NCBI GenBank assembly: GCA_026713145.1
Contig: JAPOPA010000333.1
Coordinates: 1 to 54,925 of the forward strand
Source of the DNA: Chloroflexota bacterium
GTDB lineage: Bacteria; Chloroflexota; Dehalococcoidia; Lucifugimonadales; VXLM01
Direction of reading: 5' to 3'
DNA: 54,925 nucleotides
Positions 1 to 10,183 of the stretch are shown one piece after another. The position numbers were made by a program, and so were the translations under genes. The notes beneath the pieces were generated by a model. It did not search any database. It had not been told where the DNA came from and saw nothing but the letters and a program-made list of their open reading frames with translations. Every line of letters starts with the position of its first letter. Position 1 is the first letter of the stretch.

Positions 1-920
1 CCCCCCCCGCCGTAACCGAGTGGGTCGCTGAGGTCGCCGATATGGTCCGAGGCCGTCCGGGGACGCCCGGAGAAGTCGGCGCTCGCGTCTATCCGACCGA
101 GGAACTGAACCTGCGGCAAGGCTTCGACGTTCGGCAGTGGTTCAATGACGGGTCGGTCGATTGGGTGGCTCCGCTCCTGTACGGCCACAACCTCATCGAT
201 CCACATGTGGACCTGTCATGGCTCATTGAGGCGGCCCACGACGCCGATGTCTCCGTCTACGCGACGGTCCAGCCCCACCATTTCGACCCCGGACATGAGC
301 GCTTCGTAACTGAACATGCCACTCCCGCCATGAGACGCGCCGCCGTCGCGAGCTTTCGCGAACAGGGCGCGGACGGAATGTATACCTGGTTCCTCCCGTG
401 GCCGTTCGGCGACGCTGAGCGCCGGGTCCTCACGGAAATGTCCGATCCCGACCTGTTAGTGGAAGCTGACAAACACTACGTCGTTGGTCGCCCGACCGAG
501 ATTTCCGAGCGTGCCGGCATGGAAACGCAGTTGCCCCATACCATCGAGGCGTCAGACACGGGCACGCGTCATCCATTCCGGCTCTACTGTGCCGACGACC
601 TACAGGGCAAGGCCGACCGTGTTAAGCAGGTGCGCCTCAAGGTGTACATCGCCGACATCGTCTCGGAGGACAGGATCTTGTTCCTACTGAACGGCCATTC
701 GCTGGGAAACGAGACCTGCCTGCGACACTTTCCCAAGGGCCTCCCACCGTATCACGGCCAGTGGCTGGAATTCGACCTGCGACACGTCCGTCCCAAGAAA
801 GGCTGGAACACACTGGAGGTCGTCCTCGACGGACGCCCCTCCGACCTCATCAGTCCTCTGGTCGTAAAAGACATCGAGCTCATCGTCGAGTACGGCCCCT
901 ATCCGTCAAGCTCGAATTGA
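1..920 (+). CDS. hypothetical protein, C-terminal part (5' end lies outside the window)
   Basis: Frame 3 is stop-free from nt 3 to the TGA at 918-920, so the track ATG at 42 is probably internal. No family motif I can name with confidence. Confidence 0.55.
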   Translation, partial: PPAVTEWVAEVADMVRGRPGTPGEVGARVYPTEELNLRQGFDVRQWFNDGSVDWVAPLLYGHNLIDPHVDLSWLIEAAHDADVSVYATVQPHHFDPGHERFVTEHATPAMRRAAVASFREQGADGMYTWFLPWPFGDAERRVLTEMSDPDLLVEADKHYVVGRPTEISERAGMETQLPHTIEASDTGTRHPFRLYCADDLQGKADRVKQVRLKVYIADIVSEDRILFLLNGHSLGNETCLRHFPKGLPPYHGQWLEFDLRHVRPKKGWNTLEVVLDGRPSDLISPLVVKDIELIVEYGPYPSSSN

Positions 921-989
921 GCACCCGCATCCGACATCTGAAATATCGAATCGAGAGCACACAGACGCTACGGACAGAGGTGACACGCC

Positions 990-1784
990 GTGAGGACCCA
1001 TAACATCGTCCTGAACATAGAAAGCAAGAATGGAGTCACACCTCGAACGTTCGAGGTCGGCTCGGTTGCGGGAGCCCGATTTACCGCGCGGGACGTCGAA
1101 GCAACGCGCAAGCAGATGGACGAACAGCTAGCCGCGGAAGGCCATTTCTCTTCGGCTACATTTACAAATCCCTCGATCTTTCGTATTGCGCGATATCTTC
1201 TCACACAGGACACGGAGTTCGAGGTGCAGGGCACGATGACGGGCGGCGAGGGCGAGGTAGTGGCGATTCGCGACAGCGCCGAGATTTTCATCTCCGTCGG
1301 CAGCGACCAGTGCGACCGCGAGCTCGACCCCATATTCCCCGACAAGCCGAAGCAGATGTGTCCCCACCCGGTGGCGACGACCGCATGGCCCTACGCGGAG
1401 GTTGAAGACCACTGGGACGATCTGAGAATTCAGAGCACGGTGACGACTCAGGGACACGCCGTACCGCTTCAGGACTCTCGGCTAGAAGCTCTCGTCACGC
1501 TCGACTACCTCCGCGACATGCCCTCCGTCCAATCACTCCCGGATGCCGCTGTCCTCTTCTGCGGTTCGTCGCCCTTCCTCGACAGTGCTGAAGAGGCGGT
1601 CAAGGAGCAGAACCTATCACCCTTCACGACCTGGGGAGTTGGCGACGCATTTTCCGTCCGGCTATACGACCCCGTTCTCGAACGGGCCATCGAACACAGC
1701 TTCGTGCCCGTTCCGGTAGGAGACGACCTCGCCGAGCGGCAGTCGGAGGGCAGGGCGCTTCCAAACTTCCCGATGATGGACTGA
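990..1784 (+). CDS. conserved hypothetical protein, DUF2848-like
   Basis: GTG start. Internal ..ISVGSDQCDRELD.. and ..HWDDLRIQS.. fit my recollection of the GSDxxDR / HWD pattern of DUF2848 proteins (memory-based). Confidence 0.6.
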   Translation: MRTHNIVLNIESKNGVTPRTFEVGSVAGARFTARDVEATRKQMDEQLAAEGHFSSATFTNPSIFRIARYLLTQDTEFEVQGTMTGGEGEVVAIRDSAEIFISVGSDQCDRELDPIFPDKPKQMCPHPVATTAWPYAEVEDHWDDLRIQSTVTTQGHAVPLQDSRLEALVTLDYLRDMPSVQSLPDAAVLFCGSSPFLDSAEEAVKEQNLSPFTTWGVGDAFSVRLYDPVLERAIEHSFVPVPVGDDLAERQSEGRALPNFPMMD

Positions 1785-1824
1785 GCATAGTATCGAAATC
1801 AACCGAACCCCCTGCGTGTAATCC

Positions 1825-2535
1825 ATGACAGAATCTTCTACGCATACATACACCACACTGATACGAGACTTGCCGGAGGGCGAACGTCCCAGAGAACGAC
1901 TCGAAAAGTATGGAGCCGACACCCTTGGCAACCCTGAATTAATCGCAATCCTCCTTCGCACTGGGATGAAAGGGGAGAGCGTTATCAATATGTCCTACCG
2001 ACTCATAAAACAGTTCAAGGGCCTTGAGGGTATGGGACGCGCGACCTTCACCGAACTGTGTGCGCTGGACGGAATCAGCGAGGCAAAAGCGTGCCAGATA
2101 CTCGCGGCATTCGAGCTTGGTCGCCGACTGACCTCACTCAGCCCTGAGGAACGCACGACCATCAACTCCCCGCGCGATGTTTACAACCTCTTGGGGCCAG
2201 ACATGCGCTACCGAGAACAGGAACACCTTCGTGTACTTCTCGTCTCAACCAATTCCGAAGTTCTCGGCGTTCACGAGTTATACAAGGGCACGGTCAATTC
2301 TGCGGCGGTCCGTGTAGCCGAGGTCCTCCGTCCCGCCATCCGCGAAAACTGCCCCTCCATCATCGTGGTGCACAATCACCCTTCGGGCGACCCTTCCCCC
2401 AGCGGCCCGGACATCTTGATCACCCGGCAAATCAAGCAGGCTGCAGAGCTTATGGACATCGAGCTTCTCGATCACATCGTCATCGGGGGCCGCACCTTCG
2501 TTAGCATGAAGGACAAAGGAATGGGTTTCTCTTGA
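1825..2535 (+). CDS. radC: RadC-family JAB/MPN domain protein
   Basis: N-terminal helix-hairpin-helix-like region (ELIAILLRTG) and JAMM motif VVHNHPSGDPSPSGPD near the C-terminus, typical of RadC. Confidence 0.9.
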   Translation: MTESSTHTYTTLIRDLPEGERPRERLEKYGADTLGNPELIAILLRTGMKGESVINMSYRLIKQFKGLEGMGRATFTELCALDGISEAKACQILAAFELGRRLTSLSPEERTTINSPRDVYNLLGPDMRYREQEHLRVLLVSTNSEVLGVHELYKGTVNSAAVRVAEVLRPAIRENCPSIIVVHNHPSGDPSPSGPDILITRQIKQAAELMDIELLDHIVIGGRTFVSMKDKGMGFS

Positions 2536-2572
2536 TAGGGAAGCGCTTCAAGTCGGTTCTTAAAGTCAACCA

Positions 2573-4198
2573 GTGACAGCCCCAATCCATATCGGCTCCA
2601 CGAAGCAGCTCTTTCTCGACGATCATGTCGTCGATTCCCTCGACAACGTCGTGCGCCAGTTTCACCGTCCCGTTCGCTCCCCCGAAAACCCCATCATTCA
2701 TGCCGACAGGCCTTGGGAACGAGGCGGCGGTGGGGTCTACTTGTTTGGCGGTTCGGTGCTCTACGACGAGGAAGACGGCCACTTCAAGATGTGGTACCGC
2801 ACCTCACTGCCCCTGGACGGCTCGGACACGCGCCGCAGCCGAGAACCGGAGGGCGGTTACAAGGCGTGCTATGCCGTCTCTGACGACGGGGTCCACTGGG
2901 AAAAGCCCTCCCTCGGCCAGACCGAATTTAACGGCTCCAAGGACAACAACATCCTGCCTCCGGCCATCGGCGGAATGCAGCAGATACGTCGCCCCAATCT
3001 GATCAAAGATTACGACGATTCCGACCCTGACCGCCGCTACAAGATGATCTACATGGACAACTTCGAGGGTAAATGGGCACTATCGAAAGGCTACTCCCGT
3101 GACGGAATCGCATGGCGGATGAACGTTGGAGTTCCCCACGCTTTCGAAAGTCCCGTTGCTCCCAACGGCGTCCTGTTCGGCTGGGACCCGAAACGCCGCG
3201 AGTACGTCCACTATCATCGAAAGTCCGGCATGATTCCCGCCGATGTCGATGGCCGGCTCGTCCGCAAGAAGCATGCCGTCATGCGAACCGCGAGCCCTGA
3301 CTTCGAGAACTGGGGCGACACCCGGGAAGTGCTGACCCCCTCGGATACTGATCCGCCCAACTGGAGCCCCAGCCATGGGGTTGATCTTGCGGGCGTCTTA
3401 TACACTGACGACTTGTATGTCGGCACGGTCGACAGCGGTGCGACCTATCACGTCGAGGACTTCCCCGAACACCTGTGGGACCCGTTCCATCGGAACGAAT
3501 TCGCCGAGTATCGTACTGAGCTCGTGATCAGCCGTGACGGCGTCATGTGGCGTCGCGCGGCGCCATTCTGGGAGCATATGCGGTTCGGCACCTGGGGTAC
3601 CTGGGACCGCGACCACGTGGGACTGGCCAAACCCATCGTCTACAACGACGAGATGTTCATCTACTACGCTGGCAGCAACGTTCCTATGGGGTCCAACGTC
3701 CCCGGACATCCACTTGCGAATGTCATCAACACCGAGAGAGACGGGCAGTGGATGGCGCACGCCATCGGGCTCGCAAAGATGAGGCTGGACGGGTTCATAT
3801 CCATGGACGCATATCAGGAGGGGGGAACGCTGACCACCAGGCCAATTGTCTTCGACGGCGAGCGTCTCGAAGTCAATATCCGCGCGCCGGAGAGGCCGTT
3901 CGGAGCCGAAAGGAATCCGCCCACTCCGTACGGCACGTTCTCCGTCGAAATTCTTGACCGCGCGGGTAGGACCATCGAACACTACTCAGTCGAACGCTGC
4001 GACACCTTCAGCGGGGATGAACTCCGGCACACCGTTACGTGGAACGGTAGTCCCGACCTCATCCCCCTCGCGGGCGAGACCGTCCGGTTCCGCTTTCACC
4101 AGCGCAACGCCGCACTTTATGCGTTCCAATTCGTCAAGCCGGGTACACGGCAGAGTCCGGCCAACTTGCTCGCGCCGGGAGCAAAGGGAACCCCATAA
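2573..4198 (+). CDS. beta-propeller glycoside-hydrolase-like protein (GH43/GH32-type fold, family not resolved)
   Basis: 541-aa ORF with recurring blade-like motifs (GHFKMWYRT, SDDGVHWEKP, SRDGIAWR, SRDGVMWRR, MFIYYAGSN) characteristic of 5-bladed propeller hydrolases. GTG start. Confidence 0.6.
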   Translation: MTAPIHIGSTKQLFLDDHVVDSLDNVVRQFHRPVRSPENPIIHADRPWERGGGGVYLFGGSVLYDEEDGHFKMWYRTSLPLDGSDTRRSREPEGGYKACYAVSDDGVHWEKPSLGQTEFNGSKDNNILPPAIGGMQQIRRPNLIKDYDDSDPDRRYKMIYMDNFEGKWALSKGYSRDGIAWRMNVGVPHAFESPVAPNGVLFGWDPKRREYVHYHRKSGMIPADVDGRLVRKKHAVMRTASPDFENWGDTREVLTPSDTDPPNWSPSHGVDLAGVLYTDDLYVGTVDSGATYHVEDFPEHLWDPFHRNEFAEYRTELVISRDGVMWRRAAPFWEHMRFGTWGTWDRDHVGLAKPIVYNDEMFIYYAGSNVPMGSNVPGHPLANVINTERDGQWMAHAIGLAKMRLDGFISMDAYQEGGTLTTRPIVFDGERLEVNIRAPERPFGAERNPPTPYGTFSVEILDRAGRTIEHYSVERCDTFSGDELRHTVTWNGSPDLIPLAGETVRFRFHQRNAALYAFQFVKPGTRQSPANLLAPGAKGTP

Positions 4199-4245
4199 TT
4201 CCCCTGTAAAGACAGCACGCGACAGGAATCGGAGGAGAATGCACC

Positions 4246-5301
4246 ATGCAGGACATCAGGGTCGGAATCATCGGAGTGGGAGCCGTCGCGCAAGCGCGCC
4301 ACATTCCCCGGCTAAAGGAAATCAAGGGAGTGCAGCTTGCGAAGGCTTGGAACCGCACGCTGTCGAAGGCTCAGGAAGTCGCAGGCGAGTTTGGGTTCAG
4401 CGAGGCGGTCGCCGACTGGCGGGACATCGCCGAATCGCCGGACATCGACGCCGTCGTAGTAGCAACCCCGCCCGGCACGCACCACGAAATGACACTTGCG
4501 TCTCTGGCCGGCGGCAAGCACGTCCTGTGCCAAGCTCGTATGTCGCGCAACCTGAGGGAAGCCCATGAGATGCGTGACGCGGCCGCCGGGTCGGGTAAGG
4601 TGACGTGCCTGTATCCCCCCCAGCCCGGACTGAAGGGCGACCGCACCATGCTCCGCCTTCTACAAGGCGACTACATTGGAGAGCTTCGCGAGGCCCGTGT
4701 CGTCGGCATGGCCGCACCGGCCCCCAGGGACTCCTACGACTGGCGTCGTGACCCCGATGTGACCGGTCTCCACCTGCTGACCATGGGCATGTGGATCGAG
4801 GTGCTGAACCGCTGGGTCGGCCCAGCCATGTCACTCGCCGCGAGGGCCGGGCGCCATTTCGACAAGGTGGCAAACGCTGACGGGGAGATGGTCGATGCCT
4901 ACGTCCCCGACTCGATAGCCATCTCCGCCGAACTCAAATGCGGAGCCGCGGCCACGTACCAGTTCTCCACCGAGGCGTCATTCGCAGGCCCGCACAAGAT
5001 CGAACTGTACGGTTCCAAGGGCGCGCTCGTCTACACATTATTCGACGACGAGATCCACGGGGCTACCGCCGGCATGTCCTCATTGCAGCCCATAGAACCT
5101 GACCCGGACGAGGTACGCCTCCAGACCACCGACGCCGAGTTCATTCAGGCAATCCGCGAGGGAACGCCCGTGCATCCATCTTTCGACGAGGGTGTCCAAT
5201 ACATGGAGTTCTGCGAGGCGGTGGGACAATCCGTCATGTTCGATAAAGTCGTCGAGCTACCCCCGGAGCCCCTCATGGCCACATGGGGCAGGACTCTTTA
5301 G
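4246..5301 (+). CDS. Gfo/Idh/MocA family NAD(P)-dependent oxidoreductase
   Basis: N-terminal Rossmann motif IRVGIIGVGAVAQARHIP, then EKP-like region (HVLCQARMS). GGAGGAG RBS upstream of the ATG. Confidence 0.85.
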   Translation: MQDIRVGIIGVGAVAQARHIPRLKEIKGVQLAKAWNRTLSKAQEVAGEFGFSEAVADWRDIAESPDIDAVVVATPPGTHHEMTLASLAGGKHVLCQARMSRNLREAHEMRDAAAGSGKVTCLYPPQPGLKGDRTMLRLLQGDYIGELREARVVGMAAPAPRDSYDWRRDPDVTGLHLLTMGMWIEVLNRWVGPAMSLAARAGRHFDKVANADGEMVDAYVPDSIAISAELKCGAAATYQFSTEASFAGPHKIELYGSKGALVYTLFDDEIHGATAGMSSLQPIEPDPDEVRLQTTDAEFIQAIREGTPVHPSFDEGVQYMEFCEAVGQSVMFDKVVELPPEPLMATWGRTL

Positions 5302-5323
5302 ACAAGGGCCATAACTTGAAAAA

Positions 5324-6235
5324 TCACTCGTAAGACGTGAGAAACACCGGCTGTACCCACGCCTTACTGCCGGTGGACGACAATACCGTAGCCCGCACAT
5401 ACCCCTCGTCACCCTCGAATACGTATCGAGGTTGCAGGCCGACTTGCTCCGCCAAGACTCGACCGTTTCTGCCAATAAACCTCGTGTCGAACGACTCGCC
5501 AGGGTTCTCTTGTATCTTGATGGACAGATCCGAGGGTGTTGCCGACACGTCTGTTAATTCGACGCCTGTCGACGCATAGAACTCTCCCAGACTCAGAGCC
5601 TCTAGGATAGTTTCTTCGACCAGAGTACGTGCGCGAATCCAGACCCATCCACGTCCGGGATTCGCGCGGTCAGGCCGAAACTCGTCATACGTGTGCGCGT
5701 CATCAGTTGCGATGCCGTAGATACGCTGACCGCCGCTGAGTATGCTGTCCCAGATCTCTTCTGTGTTTGGCCTGCCGTCGCCGCCTTCATTGTTCTTGCT
5801 GGGGCCTCCTCCGTTGAACACCTCAACGAAACTCGCGCCGGTCGTCTGCAGGACGTGCTCGTGCGTGAAGCTGTCCCGGTCGTTTGGGTGATTCAGCGAG
5901 GCCATACCGCCGACCGCGAGAACGCCGTCGATGCTGGCCTGCATCGTTGGTACTTTTTCATCCAGATCAACGAATTCGACCGAACTCTCAATACCGAAGC
6001 CATTGACATGGATCGGGCCATTGCCGCTAGGCATGTGCTTGCCGACCTCCTGGCCCCTCACCATCACCAACTCGTCGGTCTCATACTCGGTGAGTACGTT
6101 GTGGTCCGTGATGGCCAGCCAGTGATAGCCGTGACTCCCGTACCAACGGACGACGTTCTCGGGAGATTCCGGTCCCGTCGAACCAAGCAGGGAAGTGTGT
6201 GTGTGAAGGTTGCCTTTGTACCAGCGGTTTCTCAT
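5324..6235 (-). CDS. PHP-domain metal-dependent phosphoesterase (CehA/McbA-like)
   Basis: N-terminus KGNLHTHTSL and ITDHN motifs typical of PHP domains. Its ATG overlaps the upstream FIST stop (TGATG at 6233-6237). Confidence 0.75.
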   Translation of the reverse strand: MRNRWYKGNLHTHTSLLGSTGPESPENVVRWYGSHGYHWLAITDHNVLTEYETDELVMVRGQEVGKHMPSGNGPIHVNGFGIESSVEFVDLDEKVPTMQASIDGVLAVGGMASLNHPNDRDSFTHEHVLQTTGASFVEVFNGGGPSKNNEGGDGRPNTEEIWDSILSGGQRIYGIATDDAHTYDEFRPDRANPGRGWVWIRARTLVEETILEALSLGEFYASTGVELTDVSATPSDLSIKIQENPGESFDTRFIGRNGRVLAEQVGLQPRYVFEGDEGYVRATVLSSTGSKAWVQPVFLTSYE

Positions 6236-7419
6236 CAGTTCTTGGGCCTGAAGATGCCGAATGAGCTAGTGTATGAGTGAAGGAACGTCGAATCTCCGAC
6301 CGGGCCGATCTCACCATTACAGAAGAAACCGGTCAACGGCATCGGGCTAACCTTATCACGGAACATCTGCGTGTCGTGGTCGGGTTGACCATAGAGGTGT
6401 TCACCGCGTCCGAGGCAGGAGAATAGCAGCGCTCCCGTCTCCTCGTAAATTGGTCCCCGTTCCGAATAGGACGTCAGCATATGATCGAGGTCCTGCGCCG
6501 ATGTCGCGGCGTCGCGGACATGGAACTGTACGGTCTGACCTTCTCTGAGTACCTCGGCCACGGATAAGGTGCCTGTGGCGTGGTCGCCACCGACAATGCT
6601 GCGCACCAGAAAATCGCCAAGCTGGGGAGTCTCGTTCATCGAGTCCATGGCTATGCCCAAGAACACCGCCTGTCGAGCAAGGTGTTGGTCGCTAGAGGAT
6701 AGACCGCTGTAGGTGCGTTGGAGAACTTCAATCGGTTTTTCGTCGTCGAGGCCCGTCAAGATGTTCCGGTTGACAGACGTCACCCGCATCGGTCGCCCGA
6801 TAGGCCGGCAGCCTTGGGCGACGATCGTATCGACGGTCACGTTCCCGCTGAGCGCCAAGCCCACTGCCCCTGAACGGTAGACCTGGTCCGTTAGGAACAA
6901 CGCGTTCCCTCCGGGTCGCTGACCTCCGCTTGCCATTCCTCCGATCTTTGCACTTGACTGGAATGCGAAGTCCAGGCCCATCACAAACTGCTCGGCGTCA
7001 AATGAGAAAGGATCGACGAGCAAGACGAAATGAGCTTGCTCTTGGCCCGAAACGTGGACTAGCTCCTCCCATCGATCGGGTGGGGCGTCGGCATCAGGCA
7101 TGTCCGACGTCTCAACGCGGAATGGTGAAACAACCACATCAGGAAGATGTGCGGCTGCTATTGAAAGGCCCGGTCGGTGCTCCACCTCTCGACCGTCCCC
7201 TATCACTCCGCCGGCAGAACAGCCCACGATGGTGCCTCTTGGGAACTCTCTCCGGACCAACCCAGGGACTCGGTCAAATCCCGGTGCGTGATTTTGAGAG
7301 ACGAATACGACCACGAGGTCGGTGTCCACGTGTCCCATCTCTGCGCGGATTGCTTGTCCGCACTCGACAAGTGCCGTGTCAAGAGACGAACTTTCCGAGA
7401 CCGCCGAACGCCAACGCAT
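6235..7419 (-). CDS. stand-alone FIST (FIST_N + FIST_C) domain protein
   Basis: 394 aa. N-terminal pattern (DLVVVFVSQNH ... IVGCSAGGVIG) and C-terminal (LLFSCLGRGEHLYG ... GFFCNGEIGP) match FIST N/C domain signatures as I recall them. Confidence 0.8.
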   Translation of the reverse strand: MRWRSAVSESSSLDTALVECGQAIRAEMGHVDTDLVVVFVSQNHAPGFDRVPGLVRREFPRGTIVGCSAGGVIGDGREVEHRPGLSIAAAHLPDVVVSPFRVETSDMPDADAPPDRWEELVHVSGQEQAHFVLLVDPFSFDAEQFVMGLDFAFQSSAKIGGMASGGQRPGGNALFLTDQVYRSGAVGLALSGNVTVDTIVAQGCRPIGRPMRVTSVNRNILTGLDDEKPIEVLQRTYSGLSSSDQHLARQAVFLGIAMDSMNETPQLGDFLVRSIVGGDHATGTLSVAEVLREGQTVQFHVRDAATSAQDLDHMLTSYSERGPIYEETGALLFSCLGRGEHLYGQPDHDTQMFRDKVSPMPLTGFFCNGEIGPVGDSTFLHSYTSSFGIFRPKN

Positions 7420-7433
7420 AGAGAGTTACCTCG

Positions 7434-7688
7434 CTAGTCCCACGGCTCACCATCGTCGCCGAGGGAAAAGCCAAGCTCGCGAATGCCGTCCTCCAGCATC
7501 GGCTGCCAGTCCTTTATCGGCATCGAAGCCGGAGCAACGATTTCAATACTGCCGTCGTCATTTGCGGTTAACGACCCGGCTCCCACTTTCTCCAACGGCA
7601 CGCTAATCGTCTCGCGGTCGATCTCAAATCGGTCTGTGACCTCGTAGATCGCCTTCATGTCTTCCATTCCGATGATCTCACCGGACAT
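7434..7688 (-). CDS. small acidic hypothetical protein (84 aa)
   Basis: Start moved to the internal ATG at 7688, which is preceded by GGAGGA. It lies 15 nt upstream of the FIST gene on the same strand. No recognisable motif. Confidence 0.5.
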   Translation of the reverse strand: MSGEIIGMEDMKAIYEVTDRFEIDRETISVPLEKVGAGSLTANDDGSIEIVAPASMPIKDWQPMLEDGIRELGFSLGDDGEPWD

Positions 7689-7869
7689 CGTTCCTCCGCA
7701 CGTCGTCAGGCAACGTGGAAGGGTAGGGTATGCCATCGTGAACGGTCATGCAAACTCTGTCACCTCTCAATGGTAGAAACCAAAGCCTGTCGCGGATTCG
7801 TAGTATAGTACGGGAGGATATTTCACGATTACGCGACCGAGGAGGTCCCGGCCAGATGCATGATATCGC

Positions 7870-8460
7870 ATGAGACACGAAATCCGCGCGTTCCTAGCCA
7901 TCAAGCTTCCGGACGACGTGACCGCCACCTTGGGTCATCTCGCTGAACAAATGGCACAAGCCAGAATTGGTGGGCTGAGACCCGTCAGACCCGAAAATAT
8001 GCATCTCACGCTCAAGTTTTTTGGCAACGTGAACGCGCGGCAGGTCGACTCGATAATCGATACCTTGGCCCACACCGTCAAAACGATTCGCCCGTTCACA
8101 ATCCGACTGGGAAACGTCAGTGTGTATCCCAACACCAAGAGTCCCCGTGTCCTGTGGGTCGGGCTGGAGGAGGACGTAGCATCCCTTCAGGACGCCCACC
8201 GCCGCATCGAGACTGCGCTCGAACAGGTCGACATCGAGCCCGATTCTCGAGAGTTCAGACCACACCTAACCATCGCCCGAATGCGTGACCGAACATCCCT
8301 CGCAGAACGCCGAAAGGCTGCCGAAGCCCTCTTTTCTGCGGAGTTTCGGTCGGGGCTTCAGATTTCCGTCGATCATGTCAGCCTAATTCGCAGCTTCCTT
8401 CAGCCTGAAGGACCCCAATACACTTCACTGGCTGAACTTCCCTTAGGCGGCAACACTTAG
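7870..8460 (+). CDS. thpR: RNA 2',3'-cyclic phosphodiesterase / 2'-5' RNA ligase family (2H phosphoesterase)
   Basis: Two H-x-T-x motifs (HLTLKFFG and HLTIARM) at the canonical spacing of LigT/ThpR. Confidence 0.85.
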   Translation: MRHEIRAFLAIKLPDDVTATLGHLAEQMAQARIGGLRPVRPENMHLTLKFFGNVNARQVDSIIDTLAHTVKTIRPFTIRLGNVSVYPNTKSPRVLWVGLEEDVASLQDAHRRIETALEQVDIEPDSREFRPHLTIARMRDRTSLAERRKAAEALFSAEFRSGLQISVDHVSLIRSFLQPEGPQYTSLAELPLGGNT

Positions 8461-8729
8461 GCACGTTCATGAGCCTCGAACAGGCTAGGTCGCGTTGACA
8501 TTCGAGGGGATATCTGTGCCATCCAGACTCATCTCGTCATTCACGCGATGGCGGAATTCAGTTCAGGGACCACGTTCGCTCGCCAATGTGAATCCACACC
8601 CCTGCATTTGCGGGAATGACGGGATATGTCAACACAGCCTAGTGTTCCTCTGTTGACGGACTCGGTGCTTTCGTCGATTATTGACTGAAATGGAACAGCC
8701 GCTTGAACATCGACCGGTGAGAGCCTGAC

Positions 8730-9515
8730 GTGGAAGCCGCTGCCTTATTGGGGCTCTTGCAGGGACTCGTCGAGTGGCTTCCGGTGAGCTCGGAGGGCGT
8801 CGTAGCAGGCGTCTACGCACTGACTTTTGATTCGTCGCTCGACGAAGCGGTCGGCTTTGCGGTCTGGCTCCATTTGGGTACAGTGCCATCCGTTCTCATC
8901 GCCCTCCGGCGCGACATCGTAGACGTCATCCGAGAATTCCTGGCTAGGCCACAGACTCCGTCTCCGACCGTCCGTTTCCTCGCAATTGCGACGCTTGTCA
9001 GCGGCGTTGTGGGCTTGCCACTCTTACTGGTCCTGAGAGATATTTCCTCCGTAGGCGGCTCGGTTGCAGCCGGCCTGACCGGTAGCTTCATGGTTGTTAC
9101 CGGATATGTCCAACTGAGACGGCGAGCATCGGACCAGGATGTACGGGAAGAGCTGAACTTAATCGACTCTCTGCTCGTTGGTGTGGCGCAGGGATTCTCG
9201 GTGATACCGGGCCTTAGCCGATCTGGCATGACCGTAGCCGCGTTGTTGTCGCGCCGAGTCGACCGCAAACGTGCGTTGACGTTGAGCTTCCTGCTGAGCA
9301 TTCCCGTAAGTCTCGCCGCCTCTCTCTATGTCGGAATAGAGTCCGGGCTCGTCTTCGACCCGGAGGCCATCATTGCCGCGAGTGTGGCATTCGTCGTCGG
9401 ACTGTTGACGATAAAGACCCTGATGTCGGTCGCCGACAGGATGAATCTCGGCTGGTTTGTGATCGCCGTAGGAGCAGTGATGATCGCTGGCGCCCTCATT
9501 GCCTCGCTGCTGTAG
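8730..9515 (+). CDS. uppP: undecaprenyl-diphosphate phosphatase
   Basis: GLLQGLVEWLPVSSEG N-terminal motif and GxSRSG motif (IPGLSRSGMTV) typical of UppP/BacA. Polytopic membrane protein. GTG start. Confidence 0.9.
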   Translation: MEAAALLGLLQGLVEWLPVSSEGVVAGVYALTFDSSLDEAVGFAVWLHLGTVPSVLIALRRDIVDVIREFLARPQTPSPTVRFLAIATLVSGVVGLPLLLVLRDISSVGGSVAAGLTGSFMVVTGYVQLRRRASDQDVREELNLIDSLLVGVAQGFSVIPGLSRSGMTVAALLSRRVDRKRALTLSFLLSIPVSLAASLYVGIESGLVFDPEAIIAASVAFVVGLLTIKTLMSVADRMNLGWFVIAVGAVMIAGALIASLL

Positions 9516-9617
9516 GACGCCCTCGGCGTAACTCACGCCCTCTCTATATCTTCCCAATTGGGCTGTGATAAACTCCGAAAAAGTCCAAGACGTGGGTAAT
9601 ACCTGGAAACGCAGCCC

Positions 9618-10178
9618 GTGAACTGGTTAGATTTCATCCTTATCGCCGTTTTGGTCATCGGACTTTTGGTAGGCCTGAGGGTAGGTATCCTTGGGGCATT
9701 CTACTGCACAGTTGTCGTCTTCCTAGGATGGCTGGTCGCCGCCCAACTCGGAACGCTCGTGGGTACGTTCTTCAAGCTCTTTCTTGAAGACGAACGGGTA
9801 GTCACGGTGGTCTCATTTACCGTCATAATGGGCATCGTCATATATGTTGGCGGGAAGGTGTGGCCGTCAATCAGGACCGCGCTCGGCGTCGGCACCATGG
9901 GCGCTTCAAACATCGTTGATCGGGTAGGCGGCTTGGTCCTCGGGGTCGTCCTCGGAGTTGCTGTGTCGGGAGCGCTGCTCGTTGGTATAATGCGTCTAAC
10001 GTATACACTCGACTCGACCGACAAGACTGTGCGCGAAGGTCTCGAGTCGTCATTGGTCGAGTCGACATTCGTGCCCATCTTCGTACAAGGGGCGAGTTCT
10101 CTTCCGGCAGACTCGCTTGGATTGATTCCGGGTGACTTTCAAAGATCACTTGAGTTTCTAAGAGACAGCATCGGATAG
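9618..10178 (+). CDS. CvpA-family membrane protein
   Basis: N-terminus MNWLDFILIAVLVIGLLVGLRVG and a 4-TM layout typical of CvpA (colicin V production) family. GTG start. Confidence 0.75.
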   Translation: MNWLDFILIAVLVIGLLVGLRVGILGAFYCTVVVFLGWLVAAQLGTLVGTFFKLFLEDERVVTVVSFTVIMGIVIYVGGKVWPSIRTALGVGTMGASNIVDRVGGLVLGVVLGVAVSGALLVGIMRLTYTLDSTDKTVREGLESSLVESTFVPIFVQGASSLPADSLGLIPGDFQRSLEFLRDSIG

Positions 10179-10183
10179 ACTAG

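Noticed and set aside
8461-8729. 269-nt thpR-uppP intergenic region with a long-range inverted repeat GTTGACAT (8494-8501) / ATGTCAAC (8626-8633) and several TTGAC boxes; considered as a riboswitch or ncRNA
   Set aside because: I could not match it to any riboswitch consensus I know; a superficial GATGG...AATGAC resemblance to the fluoride motif does not hold up. A plain promoter (TTGACG-17-GATTAT at 8653-8681) is the simpler reading. It is still worth a covariance-model scan.
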